Assembly: GCA_023146135.1 (NCBI GenBank)
Contig: JAGLCR010000027.1
Coordinates: 609 to 64,608, forward strand
Direction of reading: 5' to 3'
DNA length: 64,000 bases
Source of the DNA: Bacteroidales bacterium
Lineage (GTDB): Bacteria > Bacteroidota > Bacteroidia > Bacteroidales > UBA1556
Both the position numbers and the translations under genes were made by a program. A model generated the notes under the pieces. That model saw only the letters and a program-made list of their open reading frames with translations. It was not told the DNA's origin and ran no database searches. Within the stretch, counting starts at the first letter, position 1, and the number at the start of each line of letters is the position of its first letter. Of the stretch, positions 36,570 to 46,166 are shown piece after piece.

Positions 36570-37325
36570 TTAACCACCAATCTGGAATACATACTCAATA
36601 GTGCCAATTTGAACTTCAGGTGCATCAGGCTTTGCGTCAAACACAGAGGATTTCGCAGCGTCTATTGCAAGCTTGCGCAATTGTGAATTTGGAGTTAGCG
36701 TACCCTTTTCCTGAACTTCAGCATTGATAACGCGCCCACTTTTATTTACCCATATTTTTACAACCACCGTGCCCTCTTCAACATAATCGATAGAAGGTTT
36801 CGGAAGACTCTTTCCTTTACGGCCCTTAAGTTGAAAACTGATTCCACTTCCATGCGATCCCACATAACTAGTCGCCTTAGGGTCTCCATTTTTTTTACCC
36901 TTATCGCCAGACTTTTTATCAGGCCCTTCAGAGCTACTATTCTTCGATTTATTATTTTTATTAAATATAAGACGTTGATTAATTGGCTTTTGCTCTTCCA
37001 CGGGCTCAACTTCTGGCTTTGTCTTGGTATTATTATTTACCTTATTATTAACTTTCACCGTTTTAATCTGATTTTGAGTTACCACCTCCTCTTCCGTAGA
37101 AACTTTTGCTGGAGGGGGGCTAGATATTTCTTCAATAGGTGTATCTGGCTGTTTCTCGCCCATTCCTTCATCAGAACTTCCAAGATTAATTTCGACACCT
37201 ATTTCAGGTCGTGGTGGTACAGGAGGAGTTAATCCCGTAAAAATAAGTACTATAACAACTAATACATGAAAAAGTATCGTTCCAATTATCGCCGCTCTTT
37301 TATTTTTATCTGAGAAATAACTCAT
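36570..37325 (-). CDS. tonB: TonB-like energy transducer
   Basis: N-terminal anchor AAIIGTILFHVLVVIVLIF, a Pro/Glu/Lys-rich spacer and a C-terminal TonB-type domain (GTVVVKIWVNKSGRVINAEV...). Lies downstream of exbB-exbD. Confidence 0.7.
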   Translation of the reverse strand: MSYFSDKNKRAAIIGTILFHVLVVIVLIFTGLTPPVPPRPEIGVEINLGSSDEGMGEKQPDTPIEEISSPPPAKVSTEEEVVTQNQIKTVKVNNKVNNNTKTKPEVEPVEEQKPINQRLIFNKNNKSKNSSSEGPDKKSGDKGKKNGDPKATSYVGSHGSGISFQLKGRKGKSLPKPSIDYVEEGTVVVKIWVNKSGRVINAEVQEKGTLTPNSQLRKLAIDAAKSSVFDAKPDAPEVQIGTIEYVFQIGG

Positions 37326-37387
37326 AGCTATTTATTCTATATATTCAACATTACACTTATAATCAACGATTAAAAGGCAAAATTATT

Positions 37388-37810
37388 TTATTCAGGCTTT
37401 GTAGCCAGCACCACTTTATAGTGACGGCCATTTTGAGTATTAATTTTATTCACTGCATCAATTACATTTACCACATACTGCACTGCCACACTTTGATCTA
37501 CCTTTAGCATTACTGAGCCTTTGTCTGCATTTCCTAATGCAGCAGCAATTCCTGCTTGCAATTGCTCTTTTTCAACTCGATGGGCCTGATCCTGTATATA
37601 ATAATTTAGTTGATCATCGATATATACTTCTATATCCCTTTTGGCTTCAATAACTGGATCACTCGTACTATTAGGTAGTAAGAGTGGAATTGCATTGGGG
37701 CTCACTATTGTTGACACCAATATAAAGAAAACCAAAAGCAGAAAAACCAAGTCCGACATGGAAGCCGTACTAAATTCAACACTACGTTTATTTCTAAGTT
37801 TAATTGCCAT
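37388..37810 (-). CDS. exbD: Biopolymer transport protein ExbD/TolR
   Basis: 140 aa. MSDLVFLLLVFFILVSTIV is the TM segment, followed by the periplasmic domain V.L.VD..V.YQ.VV.V.D. Confidence 0.8.
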   Translation of the reverse strand: MAIKLRNKRSVEFSTASMSDLVFLLLVFFILVSTIVSPNAIPLLLPNSTSDPVIEAKRDIEVYIDDQLNYYIQDQAHRVEKEQLQAGIAAALGNADKGSVMLKVDQSVAVQYVVNVIDAVNKINTQNGRHYKVVLATKPE

Positions 37811-37824
37811 TTTAGCCTCCTATT

Positions 37825-38550
37825 TTAGTTTGCTGGTTCATGTAATAAATCCATAAACTCGGTGGCACGAGCCTCAAGAATAAAAACCACTTTCTCGATT
37901 CGAGAAACAATTACATTATAAGCTATATATCCAATAATTCCTACTATCAATCCAGCGATGGTAGTCACCATAGCTTGGTACATACCATTGGACAAAAGAT
38001 TAATATCAAGGCTATTGCCTCCATTTGCCATATCAAAGAACACATGCACCATACCAATTACCGTTCCTAAAAACCCAATCATAGGTGCAGCACCTGCCAC
38101 TGTTGCGAGAATTGCCACATTCTTTTCAAGTTTTGATACTTCAAGCTTACCAATAGTTTCGATTGCTTGATTAATATCTGGTAGTGGACGACCGATACGA
38201 GCTATTCCTTTTTTTATCATCTTGGAAAGAGGTGTATCCTGAGTATCGCAAAGACTTTTTGCTGCATCAACTTTATTATTGGATATTAAATCTTTAATAT
38301 CATTCATAAATCCACCTTCATCTTTGGAAGCCTTTTGTATTGCCATAAATCGTTCTACAAAAATATAAACTGCAATAACTGACAAAACTGCCAAGGGTCC
38401 CATAATCCACCAGCCACCTGTTTTGGTCAACTCCCATATGGATAATTCATTTTCCACTGCCTGTGCTTGATTTGCAACCGATGAAACGGTGTCAATTACA
38501 GCACTTCCCACCTCTTCTATTTGCAACATGATAAAAAGTAATGCGTTCAT
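37825..38550 (-). CDS. exbB: MotA/TolQ/ExbB proton-channel protein
   Basis: LATVAGAAPMIGFLGTVIGMV...AMVTTIAGLIVGI is the family signature. Confidence 0.8.
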   Translation of the reverse strand: MNALLFIMLQIEEVGSAVIDTVSSVANQAQAVENELSIWELTKTGGWWIMGPLAVLSVIAVYIFVERFMAIQKASKDEGGFMNDIKDLISNNKVDAAKSLCDTQDTPLSKMIKKGIARIGRPLPDINQAIETIGKLEVSKLEKNVAILATVAGAAPMIGFLGTVIGMVHVFFDMANGGNSLDINLLSNGMYQAMVTTIAGLIVGIIGYIAYNVIVSRIEKVVFILEARATEFMDLLHEPAN

Positions 38551-38713
38551 TTTTAGTATATTTATTATGACTTATTTAATTGTCTAAAATTAAGTATAAT
38601 GACTGTGGGCAAATTTACCACAAGGCTAACTTTTTAACATCAGAATGTTAATTGAGTATTTACCCAAAAACCAATTTAATATAGAAGATTATCTGAAAAA
38701 CCAGCCGTTAAAA

Positions 38714-39469
38714 CTATTCTAATTCCTTAAGAAATTCAAGAAATAAATTCATCCCTTCACGTTTGGCATCATCCAAATTATAGCTAATATAATTATTCAG
38801 ATAATCCAATAGCTCTTCTTTTTGTTCCACCTGACCATAAACGTCTAAAGCGGAAGGAATATTTTGCAAACCAAAAGAAAGTGCCGAATTAAATGTTTTA
38901 AGAAAATCATTTGGCAGCTCTCTATTAGCCACCCATACCGCGAAAACAAAAGGCTTTCCTGTAAAATCAGTCCATGCTTCAGCAAGATCATAAATATAAG
39001 GATAGTTGGTTCGGTGGTTATAGGTTTTATCTCCAATTAAAACAATGGATTGATGAACGGAAGGATTTGGGAAGTCCATCGACACACCACTCCATGTCCA
39101 ATCTTTATTCCAATAATGCTTAGCCAAAACTTTTATAAGGTTTACTGAGCTTCTCGATTCGGGATCTAAATACACATTCTCAATTTCATCCAAGGGGACT
39201 CGGCTCATCAACAGTACCGTTTTCACTTCCCCCACTGCTCCAATGCAGTAGTCGGAAATAATTTTTGCATTGGGAATGGAATTTAGTTTAGCAAGAGGTA
39301 TTAATCCAATATCAACTTGTCCAGCCTGAAGTTTTTCAGCACATACTGCCGGCACATCTTGAGATAAAACGAATGTGCTTAAATCCATCACCTTCTTCAT
39401 TCCGTAAATAAATGGAAAAGTATTAGCGTAGGATACAGCAGATATTTTAATTGGATTATTTTTCAGCAT
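38714..39469 (-). CDS. mqnA: Futalosine-pathway menaquinone enzyme MqnA-like (chorismate dehydratase)
   Basis: IKISAVSYANTFPFIYG...QVDIGLIPLAKL...VLIGDKT...FVFAVWVA matches the MqnA/MqnD periplasmic-binding-fold family (from memory). Confidence 0.65.
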   Translation of the reverse strand: MLKNNPIKISAVSYANTFPFIYGMKKVMDLSTFVLSQDVPAVCAEKLQAGQVDIGLIPLAKLNSIPNAKIISDYCIGAVGEVKTVLLMSRVPLDEIENVYLDPESRSSVNLIKVLAKHYWNKDWTWSGVSMDFPNPSVHQSIVLIGDKTYNHRTNYPYIYDLAEAWTDFTGKPFVFAVWVANRELPNDFLKTFNSALSFGLQNIPSALDVYGQVEQKEELLDYLNNYISYNLDDAKREGMNLFLEFLKELE

Positions 39470-39501
39470 TATACTCTTATCATATCTATCGCAAGCACAT
39501 A

Positions 39502-39909
39502 TTACTTACAATGGCGGGTGTAATTATCTAAGTTTTTAACTCCAAGCGACTCCGCTTTAAGATAATCCTCACAGGATTTTAATCGGTTATCAAAAACAAA
39601 CCATAGTTGCGCTCTCGAGCGAAAGGCTTCGCCATATTTTGGATTATGCCTAATTGCTGCATCATATTCTTTCATGGCATTATCATATTTTGCCTGATTA
39701 AAATACGCTCTTCCCAAATATAGATGCGCCTCACAATTAGTGCTATCCATATCGATTACTATATTAAAACGTTGAATCGCATGTGTCAAATCACCCTTAT
39801 AAAGCTCTTTTATTCCATAGTTCAACTCTTTTCTCATCTTCTCATGACTGTTGGTACACGAAACTAAAACAAACACCAACATCATTATTACTAGTACTCT
39901 ACGCATCAT
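39502..39909 (-). CDS. TPR-repeat lipoprotein
   Basis: Lipobox LVSCTN and two to three TPR units (AHLYLGRAYFNQAKYDNAMKEYDAAIRHNPKYGEAF). Confidence 0.65.
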   Translation of the reverse strand: MMRRVLVIMMLVFVLVSCTNSHEKMRKELNYGIKELYKGDLTHAIQRFNIVIDMDSTNCEAHLYLGRAYFNQAKYDNAMKEYDAAIRHNPKYGEAFRSRAQLWFVFDNRLKSCEDYLKAESLGVKNLDNYTRHCK

Positions 39910-40331
39910 ATCTTATCATTATTATCACTTTCACTAGCCTCAGAAATCAACTCCTGCATCCACTCAGGACAACGAACACGCTTCCGACTTTTGCTAGAAA
40001 TAAAAACTAAAGTAGTTTCACCTTTATTCAACAAAACACCTTCCTCATTATATATTTCATATAAAAAAACCATGTTTTTATCAGGAATATTTGGAACGAT
40101 AGTACGAATGGTCAATAAATCATCATATTTAGCAGCTTTAATAAATTGAACTTTTAATTCAACAACAGGCATCATCACACCTTTTTCCTCCATAGTATGA
40201 TATGTTGAACCTAGCAGACGTAATGCTTCTGTACGTCCTACCTCATAATAAGCTGCGTAATTACCATAATACACAAAACCCATTTGATCTGTTTCTGCAT
40301 AACGTACTCGTATTTGTGTTTCCGATACCAT
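39906..40331 (-). CDS. Acyl-CoA thioesterase, YbgC/4HBT hotdog family
   Basis: IRVRYAETDQMGFVYYGNYAAYYEVGRTEALR is the YbgC-type active-site block. Confidence 0.8.
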   Translation of the reverse strand: MVSETQIRVRYAETDQMGFVYYGNYAAYYEVGRTEALRLLGSTYHTMEEKGVMMPVVELKVQFIKAAKYDDLLTIRTIVPNIPDKNMVFLYEIYNEEGVLLNKGETTLVFISSKSRKRVRCPEWMQELISEASESDNNDKI

Positions 40332-40435
40332 CTTATACTTTTTATATAAATATGAAGAACAAAAATACTACATTTGTAGAGACCTTATGCTTAAGTAATG
40401 AGCATTAAATCAAAACTTTTTAACCAAAACAAGAC

Positions 40436-41191
40436 ATGTATTCCAAACTACTTACCGCTCTTATAATTAGTGCTTTTGTCACATCCTGTGGACAAGAAAA
40501 AGAATGGAAACTTAATAATGCAATTGGAAACTACCTCCAGGTTGACTTTAGCAATGCTATAGTTCAAGACTCGGCAATACTTGCCGAAATAGCCCCTTTC
40601 AAGCAGCATCTTGACTCTTCAATGAATATTGTAATAGCACAAAGCGAAAAGGAATATTTCAAAAAAAAACCCAATGGAAGTTTGAATAATATTGTTTGTG
40701 ATATGGTATTTGATGTTATAACAAAACGCTTTGATAAATCACCCTACAAGCCTGATTTATGCCTATTAAACTACGGAGGCCTTCGCCGGCCTTTACCGAA
40801 AGGTGATATTATGATTTCAGACATATATCAACTTATGCCCTTTCAAAACGAATCCGTAATCTGCCAGCTTTCAGGAAAGCAAATGAATGAAATGTTTCAA
40901 TATTTAAAAAAATCGAATGGCCAACCTATAGCTAACATGCTTATAACTTTTACAAAAGACCAATTAAAATCGGTAACAATAGGGAAACTACCCTACGATT
41001 CCACAAAAACCTATAATGTACTCACCTCAGATTATACCGCAAAAGGAGGCGATAAAATGAATTTCTTTCTCAAAGCCGACACGATGGTTCTTTGTGGCAG
41101 CCTCCTAAGAGATGACATGTTTACTTATATCTATAATCAGAAGGATAAAAAGCTCGTCGCTTCGGATGAAAAACGAATCATTTTTGAATAA
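40436..41191 (+). CDS. 5'-nucleotidase C-terminal (substrate-binding) domain lipoprotein
   Basis: Lipobox FVTSCG. NYGGLRRPLPKGDIMISDIYQLMPFQNE and LTSDYTAKGGD are typical of the UshA C-terminal domain. Confidence 0.7.
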   Translation: MYSKLLTALIISAFVTSCGQEKEWKLNNAIGNYLQVDFSNAIVQDSAILAEIAPFKQHLDSSMNIVIAQSEKEYFKKKPNGSLNNIVCDMVFDVITKRFDKSPYKPDLCLLNYGGLRRPLPKGDIMISDIYQLMPFQNESVICQLSGKQMNEMFQYLKKSNGQPIANMLITFTKDQLKSVTIGKLPYDSTKTYNVLTSDYTAKGGDKMNFFLKADTMVLCGSLLRDDMFTYIYNQKDKKLVASDEKRIIFE

Positions 41192-41204
41192 AGGAAATAC
41201 AATC

Positions 41205-42134
41205 ATGCAAGATAGAAGAAGTTTTTTTAAGATATTAGGAGGTCTAAGTTTAGCTGCTGCATTTGGAAATATTCCAATGCAATTATTAGCAGCCAAAGCA
41301 GAAGATTATATTAAAATAAGTGTACTAAGTACAAATGATGTGCATAGCCGTATTGACCCATTTCCCAACACTGACAAACGAAACCCGGGCATGGCAGGAT
41401 TTGCTCGGCGAGCAGCTATTATAAAAAACATTCGTAAAAAGGAAGACCATGTACTGCTGTTCGACGCAGGTGATATTTTTCAAGGAACACCATATTTTAA
41501 TTTATATGGAGGTGAATTGGAATTAAAACTCATGAGCGAAATGGGTTATGATGCAGCGACCATGGGGAACCATGATTTCGATAACGGTCTCGAGGGTTTT
41601 AAAAAACAGTTGCCACATGCCAACTTTCCTTTCCTAACTTCAAATTATGATTTCTCGAATACCATACTTAGTGATCAAACTCAAAAATGGACTACATTTC
41701 AAAAAGGACCGATAAAAATTGGTGTATTTGGTTTGGGGGTTAAACTTGAAGGCTTAGTCAGTAAAAATAATTATCAAGAAACTATTTACCAAGACCCTAT
41801 TTTGATTGGAAATAAAATGGCAGACAAATTACGTGCCCAAGGATGCCATTTGATAATTGCCATTTCGCATCTAGGACATAGCTATAAAAACAAAAATGTA
41901 AGCGATCTAGTTTTGGCAAAAGAAAGCCACAACATTGATTTAATTATCGGAGGTCATACACACACTTTTTTAGACCAACCTGATGAAATAATTAACAAAA
42001 ATGGTAATAAAGTTTTGGTTTCACAAAGCGGATGGGGAGGTATCTTATTGGGAAAGATTGACTTCTACTTCTCAAAGAAGGATTTTAGCAAAATCTCGTC
42101 TATAAATACGAAAATAAAAGTGAAAAATCAATAG
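41205..42134 (+). CDS. Tat-exported metallophosphoesterase (5'-nucleotidase N-terminal domain)
   Basis: ORF 41112..42134 trimmed to MQDRRSFFKILGGLSLAAAF (twin-arginine signal). Metallophosphatase motifs are STNDVHS, DAGDIFQGT, GNHDFD and GGHTH. Confidence 0.8.
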   Translation: MQDRRSFFKILGGLSLAAAFGNIPMQLLAAKAEDYIKISVLSTNDVHSRIDPFPNTDKRNPGMAGFARRAAIIKNIRKKEDHVLLFDAGDIFQGTPYFNLYGGELELKLMSEMGYDAATMGNHDFDNGLEGFKKQLPHANFPFLTSNYDFSNTILSDQTQKWTTFQKGPIKIGVFGLGVKLEGLVSKNNYQETIYQDPILIGNKMADKLRAQGCHLIIAISHLGHSYKNKNVSDLVLAKESHNIDLIIGGHTHTFLDQPDEIINKNGNKVLVSQSGWGGILLGKIDFYFSKKDFSKISSINTKIKVKNQ

Positions 42135-42304
42135 TAATTTTATTTTTTTATCATTTTTTTTTACCACATATTTGCCCTTGTAATTGATGGAAGGAGCAGC
42201 TTTTCGCAAGGCTTTCTAAAACAAGAATATATCATTTTTATAGTAAAATAAAAACATACTTTTTGATAATAGATTTATTAAAGCAAAATATTTAGGGTCA
42301 ATAA

Positions 42305-43729
42305 ATGGATAAAAATTTTAACACAGTTTGGCAGAACTGCCTACAAGTAATACGGGATAATATTACTTTTCAAGCTTACAAAACCTGGTTTGGACCAATC
42401 AAGCCTGTTAAGCTTGAGAATAATGTTTTAACCATTCAAGTACCTAGTCAGTTTTTTTATGAATGGATTGAAGAAAACTACATTCACCTTTTAAGAAAGA
42501 CTATCAAAAAAGAATTAGGAAAAGAGGGACAACTAGAATACAGCATTATTATGAGCAATAAAGACAAATTCGCGATCAACTTACCAACCACAAACAAAAA
42601 AGCGACGAAGAACCCTTCGAAGACCATGCCTTTAAATTTGAATAAGGAAAAATCTAAGGATTTCCCTAACCCATTCATCATACCAGGCTTGAAAAAAATC
42701 AAGGTGAATTCTCAATTAAACGAGAACTACTCTTTTGATAATTTTGTAGAAGGTGACTGTAATAGGCTGGCGCGTTCGGCAGGATTTGCTGTTTCACAAA
42801 ATCCTGGAAAAACTTCTTTCAACCCATTGTTCTTATATAGCAATAATGGTCTTGGAAAAACACACCTTTCGCAAGCCATTGGCTTGGAAGTAAAAACAAA
42901 CTTTCCTGATAAAACAGTTTTATATGTTCGTGCCGAACAGTTTACAAATCAATTTATTGATTCGGTAAAAAATAATAGCACTAATGATTTTATGCATTTC
43001 TACCAAATGATAGACGTGCTAATAATTGACGACATTCACATTTTAGCAAATAAAGAAAAAACACAGGATATATTTTTCCACATATTTAATCATTTGCACC
43101 AAAACGGAAAACAACTGATTGTAACTTCGGACAAGCCTCCTGTAGAATTACAAGGAATCAAGCCACGCCTATTATCTCGATTTAAATGGGGATTAGCTGC
43201 TGACCTTCAGACTCCTGATTTGGAAACACGAATTGCCATTCTTCGCAAAAAACTGTACAAAGATGGACTTAATATGCCCGAAGAAGTTATTGAGTATATT
43301 GCCTATAGCATTACTTCAAATGTACGCGAATTAGAAGGTGCTTTAGTTTCCATATTGGCACAATCGTCTTTAAACAAAAAAGCAATCACCTTGGACCTTG
43401 CACGTCAAATGATTGATAAGTATGTTAAAAACACCTCTCGTGAAATCTCGATTGATTATATTCAAAAGGTGGTAAGTGATTATTTCAACATTCCAGTTGA
43501 CACCATTAACTCAAAAACTCGAAAGCGTGAAATAGTTCAGGCACGACAAATCGCCATGTATTTTTCAAAGAAATTCACTAAGTCATCGTTGGCAACTATT
43601 GGCATACATTGTGGCAATAAAGATCATGCAACAGTTCTTCACGCTTGTCGTACTATCAACAACCTGATTGACACTGACAAACAGTTTAGAGTTTACGTTG
43701 ATGATATAGAGAAAAAGATAAAAATCTAA
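42305..43729 (+). CDS. dnaA: Chromosomal replication initiator DnaA
   Basis: WQNCLQVIRDNI..FQAYKTWF at the N-terminus, AAA+ Walker A NNGLGKTHL, Walker B VLIIDDIH and sensor NVRELEGAL. The DNA-binding C-terminus reads REIVQARQIAMYFSK..SLATIG..GNKDHATVLHACR. Confidence 0.95.
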   Translation: MDKNFNTVWQNCLQVIRDNITFQAYKTWFGPIKPVKLENNVLTIQVPSQFFYEWIEENYIHLLRKTIKKELGKEGQLEYSIIMSNKDKFAINLPTTNKKATKNPSKTMPLNLNKEKSKDFPNPFIIPGLKKIKVNSQLNENYSFDNFVEGDCNRLARSAGFAVSQNPGKTSFNPLFLYSNNGLGKTHLSQAIGLEVKTNFPDKTVLYVRAEQFTNQFIDSVKNNSTNDFMHFYQMIDVLIIDDIHILANKEKTQDIFFHIFNHLHQNGKQLIVTSDKPPVELQGIKPRLLSRFKWGLAADLQTPDLETRIAILRKKLYKDGLNMPEEVIEYIAYSITSNVRELEGALVSILAQSSLNKKAITLDLARQMIDKYVKNTSREISIDYIQKVVSDYFNIPVDTINSKTRKREIVQARQIAMYFSKKFTKSSLATIGIHCGNKDHATVLHACRTINNLIDTDKQFRVYVDDIEKKIKI

Positions 43730-43750
43730 ACCTATTTAATCTCAAACTGA

Positions 43751-43793
43751 AAAAACCATCTATTCGTCTGTTGACAAATAGGTGGTTTTTTTT
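43751..43793 (+). terminator. Rho-independent terminator after dnaA
   Basis: Stem ccatctatt (43756-64) / aataggtgg (43777-85), including one G-U pair, followed by TTTTTTTT. Confidence 0.75.
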
Positions 43794-43805
43794 AGCTCAA
43801 CAGTT

Positions 43806-44501
43806 ATGAAATTTAAAACAAAACTAATACCCGGAAAACTCATCAAGCGATATAAACGTTTTCTGGCAGATGTACAATTGGATGATGGCAGTGTTGTGGT
43901 AGCCCATTGCACCAATTCCGGCTCTATGATTTCTTGTATTGAAGAAGGTGCTCGAGTTTATTTGAGTCCTGCTACTGACCCCAAACGCAAAACTCGATTT
44001 ACTTGGGAAATGATTGAAATCAATAATTCATGGATAGGAGTAAACACATCAATTCCCAATCAATTGGTTTTTGAAGCCATTCGAGATCAAAAGATTCCTC
44101 AACTACGGGCTTATTCCTATGTAAAGCGTGAAGTTAAATTTGAAGATAGCCGCTTTGATGTGTATGCAGAAAATGATAACGAAAAGTGTTTTGTCGAAGT
44201 AAAAAATGTAAGCATGAAAGTAGGCGATGCTGCTTTATTTCCCGATTCAGTTACCACTCGTGGACGTAAACATTTGGAAACTCTGATACGAGTAAAAGAA
44301 CAAGGCATTCGCGCGGTAATGGTTTATGTAATTCAGCGAATGGATGTAAGCGCTTTCGGAGCGGCTCAACATATCGACCCTGATTATGCCAAGGCTTTGC
44401 AAAAAGCTCAAAAAGCAGGTGTTGAGGTAATTGCTTTACAAGTTATAGTAAATCCTGAGGGCATTGAGATTATCAAACAACTACCTTTTATTTTCCAATA
44501 A
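43806..44501 (+). CDS. sfsA: Sugar fermentation stimulation protein SfsA
   Basis: ORF 43782 trimmed to MKFKTKLIPGKLIKRYKRFLADV. Also CTNSGSM and FPDSVTTRGRKHL, the SfsA signatures. Confidence 0.85.
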   Translation: MKFKTKLIPGKLIKRYKRFLADVQLDDGSVVVAHCTNSGSMISCIEEGARVYLSPATDPKRKTRFTWEMIEINNSWIGVNTSIPNQLVFEAIRDQKIPQLRAYSYVKREVKFEDSRFDVYAENDNEKCFVEVKNVSMKVGDAALFPDSVTTRGRKHLETLIRVKEQGIRAVMVYVIQRMDVSAFGAAQHIDPDYAKALQKAQKAGVEVIALQVIVNPEGIEIIKQLPFIFQ

Positions 44502-45474
44502 AAATCTTCTTAGTATAAACGCCTGCTTGATTTTTTACCTTAACGATATAATATCCTGCGGGAAGATTTGACAAATTGAAAGTATTAATTCCATAATGCA
44601 CTTCGTTAATTATTATTTCACGTCCCAACATATCAAATAGGACAAAATCAGCCTGTCTATTCTCCTGCAATAAAGAATTTATCACCAACTGATTATCATC
44701 TACATATGATAAATATGAATCCGAAGCCAATTTACACTCACGCACACTTCCTGTCCGGAAGTTATTAGCTTCAATCATAATTTCATCAATCAACCACCCT
44801 GCTTTATTAGTATTGATACTATCACTAACAAAAGTAAAACGTAGTAAAACACTGTCAACTGTAGCTTTTACTCCAGGCTCGCCAAAGGCTAGTCTGGAAT
44901 TATGAAACAGTATGGAGTTACCACTTAATGGAGATGCTGGATAATACCCACCCCAATTATAAGTACTATCTCTATTTAACACCAAAAAATTATACGTATT
45001 TGATGATATAACATTAAAGTAAGAGCTCCATTTATGACTATAAAAATCATAGAATTCAAACATTAGACCATCATTCAAACTATCTGTTTGATACTTATGG
45101 TGTAAAGTAATTCCTAAAGAGCCAAAATAAGCAAAACCGCCTGTATTTGTGTTAAAAATAATTTTGAAAATAAAAGATGAGGTATCGTTTTTTGAATAAT
45201 TGTTAACAGAGTCAGTCGTTAAAGCAATAGTATTCAACTGTGCAAAACCCGGCTTATTAACCTTAGCATACTGCCAAATATTATTTGATTGTGTAGTATC
45301 AATCATAAAATACTCTCGATCAGCGGAATCATTCATAACAAACGTAATTGGACTTTGAATAATCATACCATTAGTCGTATCATAATGAATTAAAGAGTCA
45401 TACATAATTGGCTTTTGGGCTGATAATTGAAATACTAGAAAACTCATTAAGACAAGAAGTACAGTTATTTTCAT
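44488..45474 (-). CDS. Secreted protein with a T9SS type-A C-terminal sorting domain
   Basis: Trimmed to the signal peptide MKITVLLVLMSFLVFQLSAQ. The C-terminus FVLFDMLGREIIINEVHYGINTFNLSNLPAGYYIVKVKNQAGVYTKKIFIGK fits the Por secretion tail. The 3' end overlaps sfsA by 14 nt (convergent genes). Confidence 0.7.
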   Translation of the reverse strand: MKITVLLVLMSFLVFQLSAQKPIMYDSLIHYDTTNGMIIQSPITFVMNDSADREYFMIDTTQSNNIWQYAKVNKPGFAQLNTIALTTDSVNNYSKNDTSSFIFKIIFNTNTGGFAYFGSLGITLHHKYQTDSLNDGLMFEFYDFYSHKWSSYFNVISSNTYNFLVLNRDSTYNWGGYYPASPLSGNSILFHNSRLAFGEPGVKATVDSVLLRFTFVSDSINTNKAGWLIDEIMIEANNFRTGSVRECKLASDSYLSYVDDNQLVINSLLQENRQADFVLFDMLGREIIINEVHYGINTFNLSNLPAGYYIVKVKNQAGVYTKKIFIGK

Positions 45475-45583
45475 TACGAGAAGGTTTATTAACATTAATA
45501 GTTTAATAGTCAGACAAAGTTAAGTAAATATAGTTGCAGTAAATGTTATATTTGTTTTTCGATGTGAGAGTTTGTTAGCAGAT

Positions 45584-45660
45584 GGCCCTTCGACAAGCTT
45601 AGGGACCTTTCATTCGGCATTCACACATAACACAACTGTTCACTGAGCTTATAGAAGTGA
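45584..45660. repeat. Solo, partly degenerate copy of the tcgacaag/ctgagc..tcgaagg REP-like family
   Basis: ggcccttcgacaagcttagggacc (45584-45608) is the inverted form of ggaccctgagcctgtcgaagggcc at 61211-61233. ttcactgagcttatagaagtgaacac (about 45638-45663) resembles ttcctgagtttatcgaaggacaac at 61128-61151. Confidence 0.45.
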
Positions 45661-45683
45661 ACACTCAATACCAAAAAAGGTCT

Positions 45684-46142
45684 ATGAAGAAAATACTAAT
45701 GGTATGTTTGGGTAATATTTGTCGTTCACCAATGGCGGAAGGAATTGTACGTGCAGAATTTGCCAAATATGGCATTGACATACAGGTTGACTCGGCAGGC
45801 ACAGCAGCTTACCATGTGGGCGAGGAAGCTGATGAAAGAGGGCAAGCAGAGCTGGCAAAACACGGGATTGATATAAGTGACGAACGTGCAATGAAACTGA
45901 GTCCTTATCACATGGATGAGTACGATATGATTTATGCTATGGACCGCTCAAATTTTGCTGATATATTAGCAATTACAAAAGATAATGAGGAGCGTAAAAA
46001 GGTAGATATGTTTATGAATCTTGCTTATCCCGGTAAAAATATTTCTGTTCCCGACCCTTATTATGATGGAGATGAAGGCTTTGTGAAAGTATATAGCATG
46101 CTCAAAGAATCGGCAGAAGTATTAGCCAAACAATTAAAATAG
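45684..46142 (+). CDS. Low-molecular-weight protein-tyrosine phosphatase
   Basis: ORF 45657 trimmed to MKKILMVCLGNICRSPMAEG, which carries the CX5R(S/T) active site. DPYY lies near the C-terminus. Confidence 0.85.
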   Translation: MKKILMVCLGNICRSPMAEGIVRAEFAKYGIDIQVDSAGTAAYHVGEEADERGQAELAKHGIDISDERAMKLSPYHMDEYDMIYAMDRSNFADILAITKDNEERKKVDMFMNLAYPGKNISVPDPYYDGDEGFVKVYSMLKESAEVLAKQLK

Positions 46143-46166
46143 TAACTCTTAAAATAACTAATAAGG

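Noticed and set aside
36758-37232. ORFs 36758..37009 (-) and 36831..37232 (+) inside the TonB-like gene
   Set aside because: They are alternative-frame or antisense reads of the low-complexity Pro/Lys/Asn-rich TonB spacer. The TonB frame has the anchor and C-terminal domain.
41112-41204. N-terminal extension of the metallophosphatase ORF
   Set aside because: It overlaps the preceding gene's 3' end and precedes a textbook twin-arginine signal that begins at the Met at 41205.
42135-42304. oriC next to dnaA
   Set aside because: The spacer is AT-rich, but I found no cluster of TTATCCACA-like DnaA boxes; the only near match is ttaccaca. The spacer downstream of dnaA is just a terminator. In Bacteroidota, as far as I know, oriC is often not adjacent to dnaA. 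A GC-skew and DnaA-box scan of the whole genome would be needed.
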